Of a DNA stretch of 64,000 nt, positions 60,404 to 64,000 are shown in pieces. Position numbers and translations under genes: made by a program. Below the pieces are notes generated by a model, which saw only the letters and a program-made list of their open reading frames with translations, was not told the DNA's origin and did not search any database. How positions within the stretch are numbered: position 1 is the stretch's first letter; each line of letters opens with the position of its first letter. This DNA comes from Dicyema japonicum (taxonomy: Eukaryota > Animalia > Dicyemida), in NCBI GenBank assembly GCA_011109175.1, contig RDEW01000010.1:851837-915836 (forward strand), read 5' to 3'.

Positions 60404-62790
60404 CGTGGCGTCATGTGGTCTACCAGTTATGAAAGTTCTGGAGGCGCTTAGGGAGCACTTAATACACCGCGAAAAAGGACTATTAACTACCTCCCATCGG
60501 AAGAAGGACTCTTCGGGCGATGGCCTCTTCCTTTTCTTAATTCCCCTCGGCTGAATGGATTTCTGATAATTCTCGCCGGTGATATTGAACTTAATTCAGG
60601 CCCCCCAATCTCAATTCTGCTGATGAACATCAACGGAATCAAAAGCAAAATTTTCAAACTACGGTCTTTCATTAAAAAACAGAACATTGACCTGATTTTA
60701 CTTAAAGAAAGCAGACTTACTCCTACATCACCTACCTCGAATTTTCCAGGATAACATCATTCTCCTGGACCGCTCATAGCGTAGTGGTGGGGGATCTCCT
60801 CATCACTATAAGAGATAACATTCGATTTACGACATCTCAACAAAACTACAATCACTAATAAACGACGGGATCACGGAAATATCTGGATATCAATTACAAG
60901 TGGATTCGGGACTCTCAACATTACAAAATCTACGTCCCCTCCATCTTCTTGCCCAACAGGATTCTCTCTAAACCTAACCAAGTTAAACAAGCTCGAAAAC
61001 CTGATATTGTGTCGAGATTTCAATGCTAAACATCCAGCCTTTTTAAAATCACAGCCAGTAGACTCAAGAGGATTATCCTTATTAAACCAGCACATTCTTC
61101 TGACTATCCTCAACAACTCCAGGAAGCACACTATAACTCCTTACAAGGAAAACGAAGCATCAACGTCCCCAGACATTACTTTCTGTTCTCCAAACCTTGC
61201 ACCGGACACATATTGGACGGTGCATTATGGATTATCTTGCGACCACAATCCAATCATTATTCGAATCAAAAAAATTCTTTACCACAGGAAAGAAACTGTT
61301 TCATTTTTCAACTATAAAAAAGCAAATGGAATGACTATTCAAAATAAATCGATCAAGCTCTACTAAACTTTGACATATGATATTCCCCTCAATATGAAGC
61401 TATTGACTTTTTTTAACAAACTATTCTCATGGCGGAGAATATTCATTCCGCAGGGATCATTTAAATTCTCCAATGAAACTCGATCAGAACACCAAATCAT
61501 TAATTAAAGAAAGGAATCGCCTTTTCCCGGACAGAAATCAAACAAAAACTCTCAATGACGAAATATAAAAAGGATTAGAAAAGCTGAAGCCAACAAATGA
61601 CAAACTAGTATCCTCCCTTCCATTTCAGAAATCCGCTCGGACGATATGGAGAGAAATTAAACAATTTGGCCAAAAGGAAATTTTAAGACAAATGACGGAT
61701 CAGCACAGTCTTAACAAGCTCATTAAATATTACGCCAGTATAAGCCACAAACCTTTCAGGAAAATGGATGGGCCTTCTTTATCCTCAATGAGACCGAAGA
61801 GAACACAGCCGATTAACTTTATCACATTCAATTTCAGTGAGAGTTTGAAGAGGATTAATTCTTCCTCTCATGTGGCCTGATTCTATCCCTGGTATTTTGC
61901 TAAAACACCTTGAAATTATTGCGATTGATGCAATCACAGTGATTTAAGCTATTCAATAAACACGAATACAATTCCAACTATCTGGAAACTGTTATATACG
62001 CCCAATCCTTAAGCCGGGAAGCCTAAGGACAATCCTGCATCATTTCGACCAATCTCTTAACTATGCACCTTATCAAAATTATTGGAAAAATTGATTCTTA
62101 ATCTTATAACCCCGTCCTTTCCTATTTCATTTTCACTTCACACATGGATTCAGAAGGGGTTATTTAACTTCTACCCAGTTAATTTCCCTCAACCGATTAA
62201 TCCTTGAAGGCTTTAACACATATCCTCGCCACCTCAAAACAGTCGTTTGCTCGATCTATCTACAAAAGGCCTTCGACTCTGTCTCAAGTAAAATCCGAAA
62301 TTTTTGGCCTCTCCGTCAACCCAATATAAAACTTTGGCTTGTTAACTTCATCAATGGAAGAAGGGCCCAGGTATACATGGATGAGACCAAATCAGTTTTA
62401 AGATTACTACCCAATGGTGTCCCACAAGGTTCTCCTTTATATCCCCGCCTTACTTAACTTATACATGTCCGATTTACCACAACCAGAAAATAAAGACGAT
62501 TTCCTTCTATCTGATAACCTGTTAATCGGATCCCGCAATCAGCATCTCCTATAGGCATCAGAAAGACTACAAGAATACCTTACAAAATTCAAATTTGGCT
62601 AAATTATAACCGGCTTGATATATCTACTGATAAATCTTCTTTGTCCTTATTTACCTCAGCCAAACGACTCGGACAAATGACAGTGGATATATTTATCAAC
62701 CAGACGAAAATACCTTTTACAAAGAAACTGAAAATCTTGGGGATCACCTTCGACACACATATGTCCTTTTCATCTAACATCGACGGCATC
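60404..62790 (+). mobile_element. Ingi/Vingi-like element with 5' end preserved, decayed, 3' end missing
   Basis: 5' CGTGGCGTCATGTGG; GDIELNSGP; MNINGIK; DFNAKH; SPD; CDHNP; GVPQGS. Confidence 0.85.
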
Positions 62791-62854
62791 TGAGAGCATC
62801 CCTTGGTACTCCCTCTACAATTAGTTAGTATTAATGTTATTTGCCTAAAAAATG

Positions 62855-62909
62855 AAGTGTGTGTCCTGCCTGGGAAGGACGATAGCTAATACGCCTCTTC
62901 GTAAAGTGC
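62855..62909 (+). mobile_element. SINE 3' scrap
   Basis: AAGTGTGTGTCCTGCCT identical to the SINE body; ends CGTAAAGTGC. Confidence 0.5.
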
Positions 62910-62979
62910 AGTGTTATCCGACTCTTAAAGTAAATTTTAAAATTCATTAAAATTAGTATTTGGTCACAACTGAGTTAAT

Positions 62980-64000
62980 CTAACTTGACTTTGTGATCCA
63001 ATCAAGGATCTCCTCAGCAAAATAAGTGATTATTATGTCAGCCCCTTAAAATAAATGGAAAGAATTCGACCCGCCCTTTTGTAGGCTGTTAGAAATTCAA
63101 AAAGGAGGCTCATCATAGCTGAACGGTCACCACCAGCTGCTCCTTTAAGCATCATATATTCGCTTGATGTCTGATAGATTCCAATACAATATTCGGGGTA
63201 CTAAAATTAGTTAAACAATGACTTTCTGCTTTATTCGACATATGTTGTCCAAGTTTACAATCCCTGGCTTTACTATCAAAAAATCTGTGCCCTCTTGAAT
63301 ATCCCTTTCCTTGAAGTGCCAAAAAAATAATACAGCAGCTCGAAGTGAGAGTCCAGCAGATCCAGTCGGAAGTTGATAGGTCGATCTATCGAAGTTCTGA
63401 GGACTGCTGTTGGCCGCATCTCTAATATAAAGAACAAATAAATGAAACCGGAATTGGCTGTACAGATTCGAGTGATGCTTTACGGAATAGCTCATTATGG
63501 CCACGGAAGATCTCAAATCTGCAGATACGAGTTTTTCCGAGATGACTGCAACTCTTCCATCCCGCATATCTGACGGAGCAACCACGTGGCACCCTGATAG
63601 AGATAATACAAAACTAAAACACCTGCCTTTGCGTAGGCCAAGGGCAATCTCTCCAATCCGTTGAATGCTCTTCGTGTTATCAATGGCGGGTCTGATTCCT
63701 TTACTAAGGATCCCTGAGGATAAAACGTCAAAGCGGAACCGCAGTGTCCGTGTGACGTGTAGGCACAGAGACATACATCACACACAACGTTGAGATGTGG
63801 AAAATGTTTACGGAGTAACTTTGTGGCTCGAATTACTGGAGAATCTTCACTGTCTGCATTACTCCCAAAATCATCCTTTTTCATGTTCTTAAGGACTCCA
63901 AAAGAAGGACCGATTTTAGTCCTTTTTCTACCAACGGCTCGATTTTGGAGGCCAATTTTTCTAAGGAAAAGTACGAAAGTGGAGCCATTGACTTTATAAT
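62980..64000 (-). CDS. ALAD: Delta-aminolevulinic acid dehydratase (porphobilinogen synthase), spliced, 5' end outside the window; one apparent +1 frameshift
   Basis: CDVCLCAYTSHGHCG zinc site, LAYAKAG, VVAPSDM, SYSVK, DRSTYQLP, IVKPG, GADIIITY; introns about 22-29 nt. Confidence 0.95.

Overview
AT-rich eukaryotic DNA, mostly a nested transposon graveyard, with a few compact host genes broken by very short GT-AG introns (mostly 20-29 nt). Host genes I can rebuild by hand-splicing: UTP18 (-), mitoribosomal MRPS22 (+), a multi-Ig single-pass membrane protein (+), a divergent RagC/D GTPase (+) and ALAD/hemB (-, runs off the window). There is also tRNA-Ser(CGA) and a decayed 28S rRNA copy interrupted by a hAT element. 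MRPS22, the IgSF gene and the tRNA point to an animal. The micro-introns suggest a highly reduced one such as a dicyemid or myxozoan (inference only). Mobile DNA: RTE, CRE, R4/Dong and Ingi/Vingi-like non-LTR retrotransposons, one intact Tc1/IS630-type DD34E transposase, several hATs with exact TSDs, a pogo/Tigger derivative and a tRNA-headed SINE. The most interesting signal is a ~3 kb Ingi/Vingi-like family. Its 5' end folds by hand into an HDV-like double pseudoknot with covariation between copies, followed by a 2A (StopGo) motif ahead of APE-RT. Short RIME-like derivatives keep only the two ends. Also notable: a natural Q-to-L change at the RagC switch-II position, and a SINE whose tail matches a local RTE. 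All gene models and folds are manual. Many single-base frameshifts could be assembly errors. Coordinates of decayed fragments are approximate.
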